Assembly (NCBI GenBank): GCA_002269645.1
Contig: NIVC01002517.1
Coordinates: 62,001 to 126,000, forward strand
Length of the DNA stretch: 64,000 nucleotides
Origin: Macrostomum lignano
Lineage: Eukaryota
Direction of reading: 5' to 3'
This document shows, piece after piece, positions 11,635 through 30,082 of the stretch (the first letter of the stretch is position 1; each line of letters opens with the position of its first letter). Position numbers and translations under genes: made by a program. The notes under the pieces were generated by a model. The model worked only from the letters and a program-made list of their open reading frames with translations. It made no database searches and had not been told where the DNA came from.

Positions 11635-12773
11635 ACTTTAGCCGCATTTCTACATGCAAGCCAGATTAAAAAGAAGATAACTGTCCCATTTTGAATGTTA
11701 TTAATCATAATTTTAGCTTTTCTTCAAGCAGGCTTCAGCTTGTATAAGAGTACAATAAGAACAACTTGATAGACTGTCTGCTTTCTTTCCTGTCTGGCTT
11801 CTGGCAGGAAAATTTCTGCTTCAAGTTCAACTGTTGCTTTGAAAAAAAGGGTGCGCCGCCAGAAAAAAAACTTGCGATTGAAGTACACGAGCCATTTTAT
11901 TTCTAGGAAAGTCTTCACTGCCGCTTCTCGGTGCATGACTCGCTCTGTCAATCATTCTGCTGGAATAGACATTGTGCCGATCTCAGTCTCCCATGCCGCT
12001 AGCTGGCCATGAGAGCCAAACCCCCAAGGCACAGAGAGTGTACATGCCTGACGATTAGAAAGTCAGGGCCGCTGTACACCCTGTGTGAGCGTGTGCATCA
12101 GTGCGTGTCTGCGTACAGTATTGGCGCGCTTGCATGTGCTCAGGAGTCAGCGGAACGGGCAGAACTGCCGTCAGAGCTGGTTGCATGAAAAGGAGTTGGC
12201 TAGTAGTGAGGGTCGGGTCAGGAAGACCAGTTGAAATGCAGTCCGCAGTTCAGGAAGGAGCGGATTAATCAGTAAATTAGGCAGTAGCCGTGAATCCCAG
12301 TTGGCCAGAAGTGGCTCAAGCTTAAGGTCTGAGTGGATGGGGAATCCTCGCTCAAAGAAAGCCTCAAGTGTCCCACTGAGCACTGCGGGCCTTGATCGGA
12401 ATTGGGAAGCGGGAGAGAGCCGCTTGGTGATTAATGACAGGGAATTTATTCTCTAAGATTGCCCGCCGTTGTGCAGATGAGGCTGGAGCGGCAACCCAAA
12501 AAAGGAGTGCCTGCTGTCAGTGGGAAATGGGAGAATTCAATTTGGAAATCTTAATCCAGCATCTTGCACTCAATGCTTTCTTCATCTCTCGACCTGCTAA
12601 AACAGACCATACTTGATGGGGTCTTCGGGCCCGCAGCCATGCCCGTTCCGCTGATCCCTGAGCACGAGCTCACACAGGGTGCACAGCAGCCGTTAATTGC
12701 TGAGCTGGATAACACTTGAATGCTGATTTTTATTACCTTTATGGTTTGCTTATGAGCCGTCATAATCTAGCGA

Positions 12774-12801
12774 TCACGTGACCTGTGCGCGCACTGATTG
12801 G
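12774..12801. promoter_or_regulatory. E-box and reverse CCAAT just upstream of the APC start
   Basis: TCACGTGA (12774-12781) and ATTGG (12797-12801). Confidence 0.35.
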
Positions 12802-12812
12802 CAGGCGTCCAA

Positions 12813-17419
<4,607 letters not shown>

Positions 17420-17994
17420 AAATTGATAATTAAATCAAACAAAGCAGATAAATGTCACACTATAAAAATGAAAAATGCAATTAATAAGTGCCGATGATTT
17501 TCATTGCAGTGGCTGCTGAACCCCATGACAGAGTGTAGAAATTCACTCGAGTAAAACAGCTAAACTATTTTCGTGACTAACCCAGTGTATGCCTCAGTAT
17601 TCAATAAACTGATTTTTAACCGAATGCTAAACGCCAATAAGTGCTATTGACTATGAATAACTGCAATCAATAACTGAATAAATTTGCCAGTAAAATTTCC
17701 AATAATATCTAGTATTCGATATCCGTTTATTTCCTAGAATTAAGCAGGTAAACAAAACCAAATAAGCCGCATCAGCAAATTTATAGTTGATGTTAATGCC
17801 AACTTAATTACAGTTTAGTCATCACTAGTAAGCTGTCTCTTTAAGCGAGGCCATTTATTAAATGTCAACAATTTCAGTTGGCGAATTAAGACGCGTCAAA
17901 TAATAAAATTTTACATCTATAAATAGAAAGTTTGATGACGGTCTAAAACTGGTTTTATTGTCAGCTGACAATCAAAGCTCAGAATTGACATTGG

Positions 17995-18680
17995 TGCTTT
18001 ATTAGGTGCATAATTTGGCGTGTAATTAGCGTTTCATTTAGTCCCTGATTATGTGAAAAGGTAAATGTATTATTAAGGCGTACAATTAGATATACGAGTA
18101 TATACGCTCGTAATTAGGTGTATAATTAGATGTATAATTAGTGTACTATTAGTTGTGTAATTAGTGTGTAATTTGGTGTGCGATTAGTGCATAATTTGGT
18201 GTTCGATTAGTGTATCAATAGGTCTGCGATTAGTGTATGATTAGGTGGGTAAGTAGTGTATAATTAGTTGTTTAATCTGTGTATAATTAGGTGTGTAATT
18301 AGTGTATTATTAGTTGTGTAATTAGTGTATAAATTGGTGTGCGATTAGTGCATAATTTGGTGTTCGATTAGTGTATCAATAGGTCTGCGATTAGTGTATG
18401 ATTAGGTGGGTAAGTAGTGTATAATTAGTTGTTTAATCAGTGTATAATTAGGTGTGTAATCAGTGTATTATTAGTTGTGTAATTAGTGTATAAATTGGTG
18501 TGCGATTAGTGCATAATTTGGTGGTCGATTAGTGTATCATTATGTGTGTAATTAGTGTACAATTAGGTGCCTGATTATGTGGATAGGTAGGCATGCTTTT
18601 AGGCGTACAATTAGGCGTACAATTAGGTGCATAATTATGTGGTTAAGTGCATAATTAGGTGTAATTTTAGGTGATTAATT
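17995..18680. repeat. Degenerate AT-rich short-unit repeat with a 161-bp higher-order period
   Basis: TAATTAG(T/G)TGT-like monomers; CGATTAGTGCATAATTTGG recurs at 18181, 18342 and 18503. Confidence 0.85.
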
Positions 18681-18994
18681 TACCAGGTATGCTATTCGAC
18701 ACATCATTAGGAGTAAATTATATTATTTTAGTAAAAATTTGAGTTCAATCTATAACTAATTAATTACTGTGTTTTTAAACGCTATCTTCCAGTGAAAACG
18801 CAGGCCGTTAAAAGCGCCTCAACTGCCAAGCCGAGCCAGATACGAGCCAGACAGACTACTGCGGTCAGTAGTACGGCCGAGGCCAGACGGACTGCTAGCC
18901 AACGCCGATCCGCGCCGCCAAGCTGAACATGATGGCTTTACAGCATTACACTGTCACTTGCTGCTCAGTGGATACATACCACCCTTGGGGTCAT

Positions 18995-21900
18995 TCTATG
19001 GCCTCCATTTGGATTCTTTAATAGACACATCCCTTGGATTCTTTAATGGACACATCCCTTGGATTCTTTGATGGACACATCCCTTGGATTCTTTAATGGA
19101 CACATCCCTTGGATTCTTTAATGGACACATCCCTTGGGTACTTTAATGGACACATCCCTTGGGTACTTTAATGGACACATCCCTTAGATTCTTTAATGGA
19201 CACATCCCTTGGATACTTTAATGGACACATCCCTTAGATTCTTTAATGGACACATCCCTTGGATTCTTTAATGGACACATCCCTTAGATTCTTTAATGGA
19301 CACATCCCTTGGATACTTTGATGGACACATCCCTTGGGTACTTTAATGGACACATCCCTTAGATTCTTTGATGGACACATCCCTTCGATTCTTTAATGGA
19401 CACATCCCTTGGATTCTTTAATGGACACATCCCTTGGGTACTTTAATGGACACATCCCTTGGGTACTTTAATGGACACATCCCTTAGATTCTTTAATGGA
19501 CACATCCCTTGGATACTTTAATGGACACATCCCTTAGATTCTTTAATGGACACATCCCTTGGATTCTTTAATGGACACATCCCTTAGATTCTTTAATGGA
19601 CACATCCCTTGGATACTTTGATGGACACATCCCTTGGGTACTTTAATGGACACATCCCTTAGATTCTTTAATGGACACATCCCTTGGATACTTTGATGGA
19701 CACATCCCTTGGATACTTTGATGGACACATCCCTTGGGTACTTTGATGGACACATCCCTTAGATTCTTTAATGGACACATCCCTTGGGTACTTTGATGGA
19801 CACATCCCTTGGGTACTTTGATGGACACATCCCTTAGATTCTTTAATGGACACATCCCTTGGGTACTTTAATGGACACATCCCTTAGATTCTTTAATGGA
19901 CACATCCCTTGGATACTTTGATGGACACATCCCTTGGGTACTTTAATGGACACATCCCTTAGATTCTTTAATGGACACATCCCTTGGATACTTTGATGGA
20001 CACATCCCTTGGATACTTTGATGGACACATCCCTTGGGTACTTTGATGGAAACATCCCTTGGGTACTTTAATGGACACATCCCTTGGGTACTTTAATGGA
20101 CACATCCCTTAGATTCTTTAATGGACACATCCCTTGGATACTTTAATGGACACATCCCTTAGATTCTTTAATGGACACATCCCTTGGATTCTTTAATGGA
20201 CACATCCCTTAGATTCTTTAATGGACACATCCCTTGGATACTTTGATGGACACATCCCTTGGGTACTTTAATGGACACATCCCTTAGATTCTTTAATGGA
20301 CACATCCCTTGGATACTTTGATGGACACATCCCTTGGATACTTTGATGGACACATCCCTTGGGTACTTTGATGGACACATCCCTTAGATTCTTTAATGGA
20401 CACATCCCTTGGGTACTTTGATGGACACATCCCTTGGTACTTTGATGGACACATCCCTTAGATTCTTTAATGGACACATCCCTTGGGTACTTTAATGGAC
20501 ACATCCCTTAGATTCTTTAATGGACACATCCCTTGGATACTTTGATGGACACATCCCTTGGGTACTTTAATGGACACATCCCTTAGATTCTTTAATGGAC
20601 ACATCCCTTGGATACTTTGATGGACACATCCCTTGGATACTTTGATGGACACATCCCTTGGGTACTTTGATGGAAACATCCCTTGGGTACTTTAATGGAC
20701 ACATCCCTTGGGTACTTTAATGGACACATCCCTTAGATTCTTTAATGGACACATCCCTTGGGTACTTCGGTGGACACATCCCTTGGGTCCTTTGGTGGAC
20801 ACATCCCTTAAGTACTTCGGTGGACACATCATCCCTTGGATACTTTGATGGACACATCCCATGGGTACTTTAATGGGCACATCCCTTGGGTACTTTAATG
20901 GACACATCCCTTGGGTACTTCAGTGGACACATCATCCCTTGGATACTTTAATGGACACATCCCTTGGATACTTTAATGGACACATCCCTTGGGTACTTTA
21001 ATGGACACATCCCTTGGATACTTTAATGGACACATCCCTTGGGTACTTTAATGGACACATCCCTTGGGTACTTTAATGGACACATCCCTTGGGTACTTTA
21101 ATGGACACATCCCTTGGGTACTTTAATGGACACATCCCTTGGATACTTTAATGGACACATCCCTTGGATACTTTAATGGACACATCCCTTGGGTACTTTA
21201 ATGGACACATCCTTTAGATTCTTTAATGGACACATCCCTTGGATACTTTGATGGACACATCCCTTGGATACTTTGATGGACACATCCCTTGGGTACTTTG
21301 ATGGAAACATCCCTTGGGTACTTTAATGGACACATCCCTTGGGTACTTTAATGGACACATCCCTTAGATTCTTTAATGGACACATCCCTTGGATACTTTG
21401 ATGGACACATCCCTTGGATACTTTGATGGACACATCCCTTGGGTACTTTGATGGAAACATCCCTTGGGTACTTTAATGGACACATCCCTTGGGTACTTTA
21501 ATGGACACATCCCTTAGATTCTTTAATGGACACATCCCTTGGGTACTTTAATGGACACATCCCTTGGATACTTTGATGGACACATCCCTTGGGTACTTTG
21601 ATGGAAACATCCCTTGGGTACTTTAATGGACACATCCCTTGGGTACTTTAATGGACACATCCCTTAGATTCTTTAATGGACACATCCCTTGGGTACTTTA
21701 ATGGACACATCCCTTGGATACTTTAATGGACACATCCCTTAGATTCTTTAATGGACACATCCCTTGGGTACTTCGGTGGACACATCCCTTGGGTACTTTG
21801 GTGGACACATCCCTTGGGTACTTCGGTGGACACATCATCCCCTTGGATACTTTGATGGACACATCTCTTAGGTCCTATGGACACATCGCTTAGGTCATAT

Positions 21901-22050
21901 GGAAAGATCGCTTGTGTCCTATGAACACACCCCTTGGGTCATATGGACACATCCCTTAGGCCCTATGGACACATCCTTTAGGTTATATGAACACATCCCT
22001 TGGGCCCTATGGACACATCCCTATGGGCACATTACTTAGGTCAATAGACA
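18995..22050. repeat. 25-bp minisatellite with ~625-bp higher-order repeats
   Basis: Unit CTTTAATGGACACATCCCTTGGGTA; identical variant strings at 19543 and 20168. Confidence 0.98.
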
Positions 22051-22724
22051 CGCCCCCGGAACCTGCAGCGGACACATCCTTTGAGTCGTTCTCTAGGCGC
22101 AAACCCACCTGCAAGGTAACTCCTCCCAAAACTCGCTAGACCAATCAAGGTTCAAGACAAAACCGCTAACTTCGCCGCTTTCAAGTGTCAGAACTGCAAT
22201 GCTCTCAAGTGTACACGACTGTAACAGTTTTTTTATTCTGTTCCACATGTTACAGTTTATGCTTAGCCACTAAAGCCAATAAATCAAACTTAGCCAGTGT
22301 ATTAGTAAATATTATTAATAAATAGATGCTGAATTAGTCACCAATAAGTAGCCTGCGTTGCCGATTGATTGCTATCAATGTTTTTCATTTCTAAAGTACA
22401 TTTCTAAAAATTAATGCTCTGGCCATTTTTCATTCATTGCGGTTGCCCGTCGCAATTTTACAGTCGGGATCGTTGTGTCCGGGTGCGACGCAATTATTTT
22501 ATCCCTCGGGAGTTGCGTGACTGCTGGGAATCTCCCCCTGTCTTTTAACTTCTCGAATATTTTGGCAGAGAGAGGCTGCGCTATTGCTAAGCCATCAAGT
22601 AATTGCCCAGCAACAAAAAAAATTCCAGCGTGTTTAACTGAGAGGAAAAAGCAGCCGACACTGTGCGGCAAATGCTAGAATGTGGGCTGTGTTGACTACG
22701 CATAAAAGTTGAAAGCTTGTAGTA

Positions 22725-24397
22725 TGGGTTTTTGTGCTTGTGGGAGTTGGGGCTGTGCTTGTGGGGGTTGGGACTGTGCTTGTGGGGTTTGGGGCTGTGC
22801 TTGTGGGGGTTGGGGCTATGCTTGTGGGGGTTGGGGCTGTGCTTGTGGGGGTTGGGGCTGTGCTTTGTGGGGGTTGGGGCTGTGCTTGTGGGGGTTGGGG
22901 CTGTGCTTGTGGGGTTGGGGCTGTGCTTGTGGGGGTTGGGGCTGTGCTTGTGGGGGTTGGGGCTGTGCTTGTGGGGGTTGGGGCTATGCTTGTGGGGTTG
23001 GGGCTGTGCTTGTGGGGGTTGGGGCTGTGCTTTGTGAGGGTTGGGGCTGTGCTTGTGGGGGTTGGGGCTGTGCTTGTGGGGGTTGGGCTGTGCTTGTTGG
23101 GGTTGGGGCTGTGCTTGTGGGGGTTGGGGCTGTGCTTGTGGGGGTTGGGGCTGTGCTTGTGGGAGTTGGGGCTGTGCTTGTGGGGGTTGGGGCTATGCTT
23201 GTGGGGGTTGGGGCTGTGCTTGTGGGGGTTGGGGCTGTGCTTGTGGGAGTTGGGCAGTGCTTGTGGGAGTTGGGGCTGTGCTTGTGGGAGTTGGGGCTGT
23301 GCTTTGTGGGGTTGGGGCTGTGCTTGTGGGGGTTGGGGCTGTGCTTGTGGGGTTGGGGCTGTGCTTGTGGGGTTGGGGCTGTGCTTGTGGGAGTTGGGGC
23401 TGTGCTTGTGGGGGTTGGGGCTGTGCTTGTGGGGGTTGGGGCTGTGCTTGTGGGGTTTGGGGCTGTGCTTGTGGGAGTTGGGCAGTGCTTGTGGGAGTTG
23501 GGGCTGTGCTTGTGGGAGTTGGGGCTGTGCTTTTGGGGGTTGGGGCTGTGCTTGTGGGGGTTGGGGCTGTGCTTGTGGGGGTTGGGGCTGTGCTTTGTGG
23601 GGTTGGGGCTGTGCTTGTGGGGGTTGGGGCTGTGCTTGTGGGGGTTGGGGCTGTGCTTGTGGGAGTTGGGGCTGTGCTTGTGGGGGTTGGGGCTATGCTT
23701 GTGGGGGTTGGGGCTGTGCTTGTGGGGGTTGGGGCTGTGCTTTGTGAGGGTTGGGGCTGTGCTTGTGGGGGTTGGGGCTGTGCTTGTGGGGGTTGGGGCT
23801 GTGCTTGTGGGGGTTGGGGCTGTGCTTTGTGAGGGTTGGGGCTGTGCTTGTGGGGGTTGGGGCTGTGCTTGTGGGGTTTGGGGCTGTGCTTGTGGGAGTT
23901 GGGCTGTGCTTGTGGGAGTTGGGGCTGTGCTTGTGGGAGTTGGGGCTGTGCTTTGTGGGGGTTGGGCTGTGCTTGTGGGGGTTGGGGCTGTGCTTGTGGG
24001 GTTTGGGGCTGTGCTTGTGGGAGTTGGGCTGTGCTTGTGGGAGTTGGGGCTGTGCTTGTGGGAGTTGGGGCTGTGCTTTGTGGGGGTTGGGGCTGTGCTT
24101 GTGGGGGTTGGGGCTGTGCTTGTGGGGGTTGGGGCTGTGCTTGTGGGGGTTGGGGCTGTGCTTTGTGGGGGTTGGGGCTGTGCTTGTGGGGGTTGGGGCT
24201 GTGCTTGTGGGGGTTGGGGCTGTGCTTGTGGGGGTTGGGGCTGTGCTTGTGGGGGTTGGGGCTGTGCTTTGTGGGGGTTGGGGCTGTGCTTGTGGGGGTT
24301 GGGGCTGTGCTTGTGGGGGTTGGGGCTGTGCTTGTGGGGGTTGGGGCTGTGCTTGTGGGGGTTGGGGCTGTGCTTGTGGGAGTTGGGGCTGTGCTTG
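22725..24397. repeat. 21-bp G-rich minisatellite
   Basis: Unit GGGGCTGTGCTTGTGGGGGTT. Confidence 0.98.
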
Positions 24398-25544
24398 TAA
24401 GTTCTCAGGAACTGGACTTGCTTTGGGAACCGTGTTTGGAGTCTGTGTTGAAGGTCTTTGTTAAAGGGGTCTTTTCGAGTAGGGCTTAATGTGCTGCGAT
24501 TTTTTGAATCTCTAAAGCCTGAGGAAAAAACGGTAAATTCATCCGATCAGTACCTGCCGAGCCACTAGTGCCGGCCTGCAGCAATAGTCCAACAAAGTTT
24601 GTCTTTTAGCCAGCCAAGCACGCATGCCGGCTAGGTAGAGGGCTCGGATTCCTGATCCGCTAGTATACCAGCGGGGATTAATATATGGGATATTCCGGGC
24701 GGCTGTCACGCTCTCGATGTCTCCTCGGAAACTTCGTATTCAATCTTTTCCGCTCCCTGTCTGTCTCTCCCTCTCAGTCCTGCACAGCTGGTACCGTATC
24801 GCTAGATGGATGCGACTGATCAAGGACTCCTAAGTGACATACAGTCTGGACTGGAAGCCAAAACGACAACTAAAAGAAATTATAAAATAGCCGTTAGACA
24901 CCGCGGTCAAAGGCTTAATTTTATTGTATGCATTTTATTTTCAGTTCGGCTACGGTTCTCTGGAACATGGTCATTGATGATCAAGAACTATGATGATGAT
25001 AAATCCTGACCCGATCCTCAAGGTCCCCACCCCTTTTGACGGCCTTCTTCTACCTCTCGCCCCATGGACATCTTTGTCCGCGGCGAGGCAGCCAAAACGT
25101 GTGCCTTTAAGATTTGAAGGACAGCGGTACTCCCGCTGTCCTTTCGGACACAGAACCACACTTCCTGAATCTCTACCAATGCTTCAAGGTCCTTATCCCC
25201 TCCAGGGAGAACGCTCACGATAAGTGGACCCACAGGAGGTCCACTGTTTCACGGATGGATCCTCCAAAGATGGACATCGTTAGTGTGCATCCTTATCAGC
25301 GGACGCGTGATCTCTAGCGTCTTCCAGAATGAAGTGTCCTCGCCATCAGCTCCTGCGTTGCAGAAGAGAATCTTCTTCCACTCTGACGGCCAGGCTGTCA
25401 GACCAGCGCGCCGACTCTCTTGCACTTGGATCCATGTTATTTCTCGGCCCCGTGACCCTGACCTCTATCTCTGCCATGGTGTCGTTAATCGCCAGATGGG
25501 ACGACTTCCCAACTGCCTTCAATCATGAGCGGCAGGGAGCTCCA

Positions 25545-25850
25545 GTGCTGAGCTAGAGGGCTGTGCTAAGGGGGGCTGTGCTAAGGGGGGCTGTGCTGAG
25601 GGGGGCTGTGCTGAGGGGGGCTGTGCTGAGGGATGTGCTGAGGGGGGCTGAGCTAGAGGGCTGTGCTAAGGGGGGCTGTGCTGAGGGATGTGCTGAGGGG
25701 GCTGTGCTGAGGGGGATGTGCTGAGGGATGTGCTAAGGGGGCTGTGCTGACGGGGCTGTGCTGAGGGGGCTGTGCTGAGGGGGCTGTGCTGAGGGGGCTG
25801 TGCTGAGGGGGCTGTGATGGGGGGGGGCACTGTGCTGTGCTGGGCGGTGC
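25545..25850. repeat. 14-15-bp G-rich minisatellite
   Basis: Unit GCTGTGCTGAGGGG(G). Confidence 0.92.
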
Positions 25851-26053
25851 TAGGTGCACTGAGTCCAGTTGCGTTCATCCCAGTAGACTAAGAAGTTTAT
25901 CCTAGCTCCAATTCTAATTCGTTGCTTCCATCCAGTCTAGTCCAGATTCTAAGAAAGCATTTTTAGCCGTCCATGAGCGGACCTAAAGCACGGCGTAGAG
26001 CCTTTTTGCACACACTTTCCGATCAAATGTGCATAGCGAAAATGTGATGTCAG

Positions 26054-26213
<160 letters not shown>

Positions 26214-26480
26214 AATACATCGAAACACAATAACCCCAGTTGGGTTAAAAGTTCATTCCATAAGAATTATTTCTCTCCTTATTTATTCTCCCAGAGGAGG
26301 ATTGGCAGGCGGAGTGGCCGACCTAATGCACGCCTAGCGAGTGTAGCGTATATCCGGTATTCTGGGCCTCAGATAACTGCGGCTGGAAACCCAGCAGAGA
26401 GAGAGAGAGAGCCGTGTTGGATATCCAAACTAACTGAGGGAAAAATTTCCCCAATCCTTGGGGCTGTAGGATCCGCTCAC

Positions 26481-26748
26481 TGCGTGACTGGAGGCCAATG
26501 TGCAGCAGATGGGATCTGCCTTTGATCCAACGATAGCAGGTGCGAATAACTCGCTTCGGGCTTCTTTAACTAGCCACTGTGGGACAGTGGGCTTAGCCTT
26601 TGACAGCCTCGTTTTCTGGCCTTGTTTTTGGTCAGTTTCTTTGACTTTTTTCTCGTCATCCCTGTCTTCTTCGGCTGAAGATTGAAGGCTTGAGTGAGGC
26701 GCGCGATTTCTTGCTCTAATTGAACCAGTTTCTTTGTGGATATGCCAC
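26481..26748 (-). CDS. Candidate internal coding exon of an unidentified gene
   Basis: ACAG acceptor, 89 open codons (WHIHKETGSIRARNRAPHSS...ADPICCTLASSHA), GTGAGC donor. No recognisable domain. Confidence 0.3.
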
Positions 26749-27975
26749 CTGTTATCCTGAGTGTGTCATTTGCCATTAGTGTGCCACTTGTTATCCTGAG
26801 TGTGTCATTTGCCATTAGTGTGCCACTTGTTATCCTGAGTGTGTCATTTGCCATTAGTGTGCCACTTGTTATCCTGAGTGTGTCATTTGCCATTAGTGTG
26901 CCACTTGTTATCCTGAGTGTGTCATTTGCCATTAGTGTGCCACCTGTTATCCTGAGTGTGTCATTTGTCATTAGTGTGCCACTTGTTATCCTGAGTGTGT
27001 CATTTGCCATTAGTGTGCCACTTGTTATCCTGAGTGTGTCATTTGCCATTAGTGTGCCACTTGTTATCCTGAGTGTGTCATTTGCCATTAGTGTGCCACT
27101 TGTTATCCTGAGTGTGTCATTTGCCATTAGTGTGCCACTTGTTATCCTGAGTGTGTCATTTGCCATTAGTGTGCCACTTGTTATCCTGAGTGTGTCATTT
27201 GCCATTAGTGTGCCACTTGTTATCCTGAGTGTGTCATTTGCCATTAGTGTGCCACTTGTTATCCTGAGTGTGTCATTTGCCATTAGTGTGCCACTTGTTA
27301 TCCTGAGTGTGTCATTTGCCATTAGTGTGCCACCTGTTATCCTGAGTGTGTCATTTGCCATTAGTGTGCCACTTGTTATCCTGAGTGTGTCATTTGCCAT
27401 TAGTGTGCCACTTGTTATCCTGAGTGTGTCATTTGCCATTAGTGTGCCACCTGTTATCCTGAGTGTGTCATTTGCCATTAGTGTGCCACTTGTTATCCTG
27501 AGTGTGTCATTTGCCATTAGTGTGCCACTTGTTATCCTGAGTGTGTCATTTGCCATTAGTGTGCCACTTGTTATCCTGAGTGCGTCATTTGCCATTAGTG
27601 TGCCACCTGTTATCCTGAGTGTGTCGTTTGTTATTAGTGTACCACTTGTTATCCTGAGTGTGTCATTTGCCATTAGTGTGCCACCTGTTATCCTGAGTGT
27701 GTCGTTTGTTATTAGTGTACCACTTGTTATCCTGAGTGTGCCATTTGCCATTAGTGTGCCACCTGTTATCCTGAGTGTGTCGTTTGTTATTAGTGTACCA
27801 CTTGTTATCCTGAGTGTGTCATTTGTTATCCCGAGTATTCCATTCCCATTAGTGGGCAACTTGTTATCTAGAGTATGCCATTTTTTATCCTGAGTGTGCC
27901 CTTCGTTATCCTGAGTGTGTCATTTGTTATCCTGAGTGTGTCATTTGTTATCCTGAATGTGTCATTTGTCATTAG
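26742..27975. repeat. 39-bp minisatellite
   Basis: Unit CCACTTGTTATCCTGAGTGTGTCATTTGCCATTAGTGTG, ~31 copies. Confidence 0.98.
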
Positions 27976-28626
27976 TGTGCGTACCGTTTTTCTGTCACCT
28001 TTAAGGCCAGATTGCGTCATGCACGCTCAGTCTTAGCGATGCAATTATTAAACTCTATGCATGGAGACAGGCCTGATTTGCTTCCCCGATTGCATGGTTA
28101 ATTTTTCAAAGGGTGACCTCTTTGACCTCGGCAGACAAACAGTCAAAACATTGGCAAGGTAGTTTAGTCGTTAAAGAGATTAAGATTAACAGTAAGCATT
28201 TCGGTAACCTTACTTTATATTTCTTATATCCACTATTTCAGTTGAGGGAATTTAGTCGAATACTTAATTGGTTATTAATATTGAAGCGACTAGAGGCGAT
28301 GCAGGATGCAGCTGGATGCCAGTGGGGCTTGACTGCACAAAGCCATAAGAGAGACGAGAGCTTGAAATGAAGTTTATGCGCGAATAATAATAGTTCCCCA
28401 TATGGGATGTGCGGCCTAGCCAGGGAAGATATCCCAATGCCTGTGGGACAGTGTGGATACCCCCATCTCGATCTATATATGATTAGGGCAGATCAGCCAT
28501 CACCCTTAATCACAGAGGCCGTCCATCAGGGGTGCCAATTCTCATAAATGATGCATCGCTTTTCAGTGGAACACAGGAGGCGGATGAGACAGTCAAAAAA
28601 AGAATTTTTGAGTCCTCAGAGGTGGC

Positions 28627-29112
28627 TCAGGAGCACTCGGTGCAGTCGAATATCTTCATCTGGGCGGCCAGGACGCTGAACTCGTCGAAGTTGATCACTC
28701 CATCCTGGTCGCTGTCAGCCGCTGTCATCATGTCGTCCAGCTCGCGGTCGGACATGCCCTCCTGTAGGATCTCGTTCATGACGAACTTCAGCTCGGACTT
28801 GGAGATCACCCCGTCCTGGTTCTGGTCCAGCAGCTCGAAGATTCGCTGCTTCTCCGACTGCGGCTTGTGGCCGCCCTTCTCCACGAAGGCGTTCATCATG
28901 GCGACGAATTCCTGGAATTCCAGAGTGCCGTTCGAGTTCTTGTCGAACTCGCGGATGAGAGCCTCCGCCTCCGGACGTGTGACCGTCTGGCCGGCCGCCC
29001 GCATCAGGCTGACGAGCTCCTTGACCTCGATGGCGCCGTTGCCGTTGGTGTCGGACTTGTTGAACACCTCCCGGAGCACTTCAACATTGCTGCCGCCGTG
29101 TTTGTCGCACAT
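28627..29112 (-). CDS. Calmodulin-like protein with four EF-hands (N-terminal extension from an upstream exon possible)
   Basis: Loops DTNGNGAIEVKE, DKNSNGTLEFQE, DQNQDGVISKSE and DSDQDGVINFDE are all canonical. First ATG at 29112; an in-frame acceptor-like site would start an exon at 29193. Confidence 0.9.
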   Translation of the reverse strand: MCDKHGGSNVEVLREVFNKSDTNGNGAIEVKELVSLMRAAGQTVTRPEAEALIREFDKNSNGTLEFQEFVAMMNAFVEKGGHKPQSEKQRIFELLDQNQDGVISKSELKFVMNEILQEGMSDRELDDMMTAADSDQDGVINFDEFSVLAAQMKIFDCTECS

Positions 29113-29626
29113 GTTCAACGAATTTGGTACACTTTTGGCTGACTGGCTGCGAAGGTTCTGCTGCCTCTGTGCCCCCGACTCAGCTGCTGCTGTCTTTGAC
29201 AAAGGCAAAATATCCTGGGGCAGCAGCCTCCGGGGTGAGGTGGGGGGGGGGGCATCGGGCCTATCCTGGCATGGCAGAGGTCCCTCGCCCTCCCTCCCCC
29301 TAACGCCTCTGTCCGTCCTTCCTTCATCCTAGCAGTTTTGCGGTGCGGCATCGCCATGCACAGCCATGACAGGCCGAAAAAGAGGGGTAGGGAACAGCAT
29401 AAGGAACAAGGCCAGCCCCGTGACCGGGTAGGTAAGTTTTCAGTTGCTGAGGTGGAGGCATGGGGCATGGGGCTCTGTACTGCGGTCTGGGAGAGATGCT
29501 GCATGCCTGCCAGCCAGACTGCGTGCTGTCTTCGAATCGGAAATCAACAGTAATGGCTTGTCGTAATTTTACGAGCTATGTGGAGCACTAATGGTTCTAA
29601 ACTGTGAAAATTGTTGTTACCCCAAG

Positions 29627-30082
29627 CTTCATATTCCCCAAATGTCATATTTCAAAAATATAATATTCCCCTAATGTCATTTCCTCCAATGTCATATTCC
29701 CCAATGTCATATTCCCCAAATGTCATATTCCCCAATGTCATATTCCCCAAATGCCATATTCCCCAATGTCATATTCCCCAATGTCATATTCCCCATATTT
29801 CATATTCTCCAATGTCATATTCCCCAATGTCATATTCCCCAATGTCATATTCCCCAATGTCATATTCCCCAATGTCATATTCCCCATATTTCATATTCTC
29901 CAATGTCATATTCCCAAATGTAATATTCCCCAATGTCATATTCTCCAATGTCATATTCCCCAATGTCATATTCCCCAAATGTCATATTCCCCAATGTCAT
30001 ATTCCCCAATGTCATATTCCCCATATTTCATATTCTCCAATGTCATATTCCCAAATGTAATATTCCCACAAATGTCATATTC
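29627..30082. repeat. 15-bp minisatellite
   Basis: Unit TCATATTCCCCAATG. Confidence 0.97.

Noticed and set aside
12045-12070. CTGACGA-TTA-GAAA-GTC as a minimal hammerhead
   Set aside because: No possible stem II or stem III; the segment folds better as the simple hairpin CCTGAC/GTCAGG.
22709-24489. Long ORFs over the 21-bp repeat (also 10856-11635, 13351-14081, 31777-32656, 34032-34846, 39936-41190, 45831-46543, 53807-54559)
   Set aside because: They are stop-free by-products of tandem repeats, open in several frames, and lie in introns or intergenic DNA.
26570-27893. 429-aa (ITSGTLMANDTLR)n ORF resembling a repetitive surface or antifreeze protein
   Set aside because: Both strands are open because the 39-bp unit lacks stops; there is no supported start or domain. 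Treated as a satellite.
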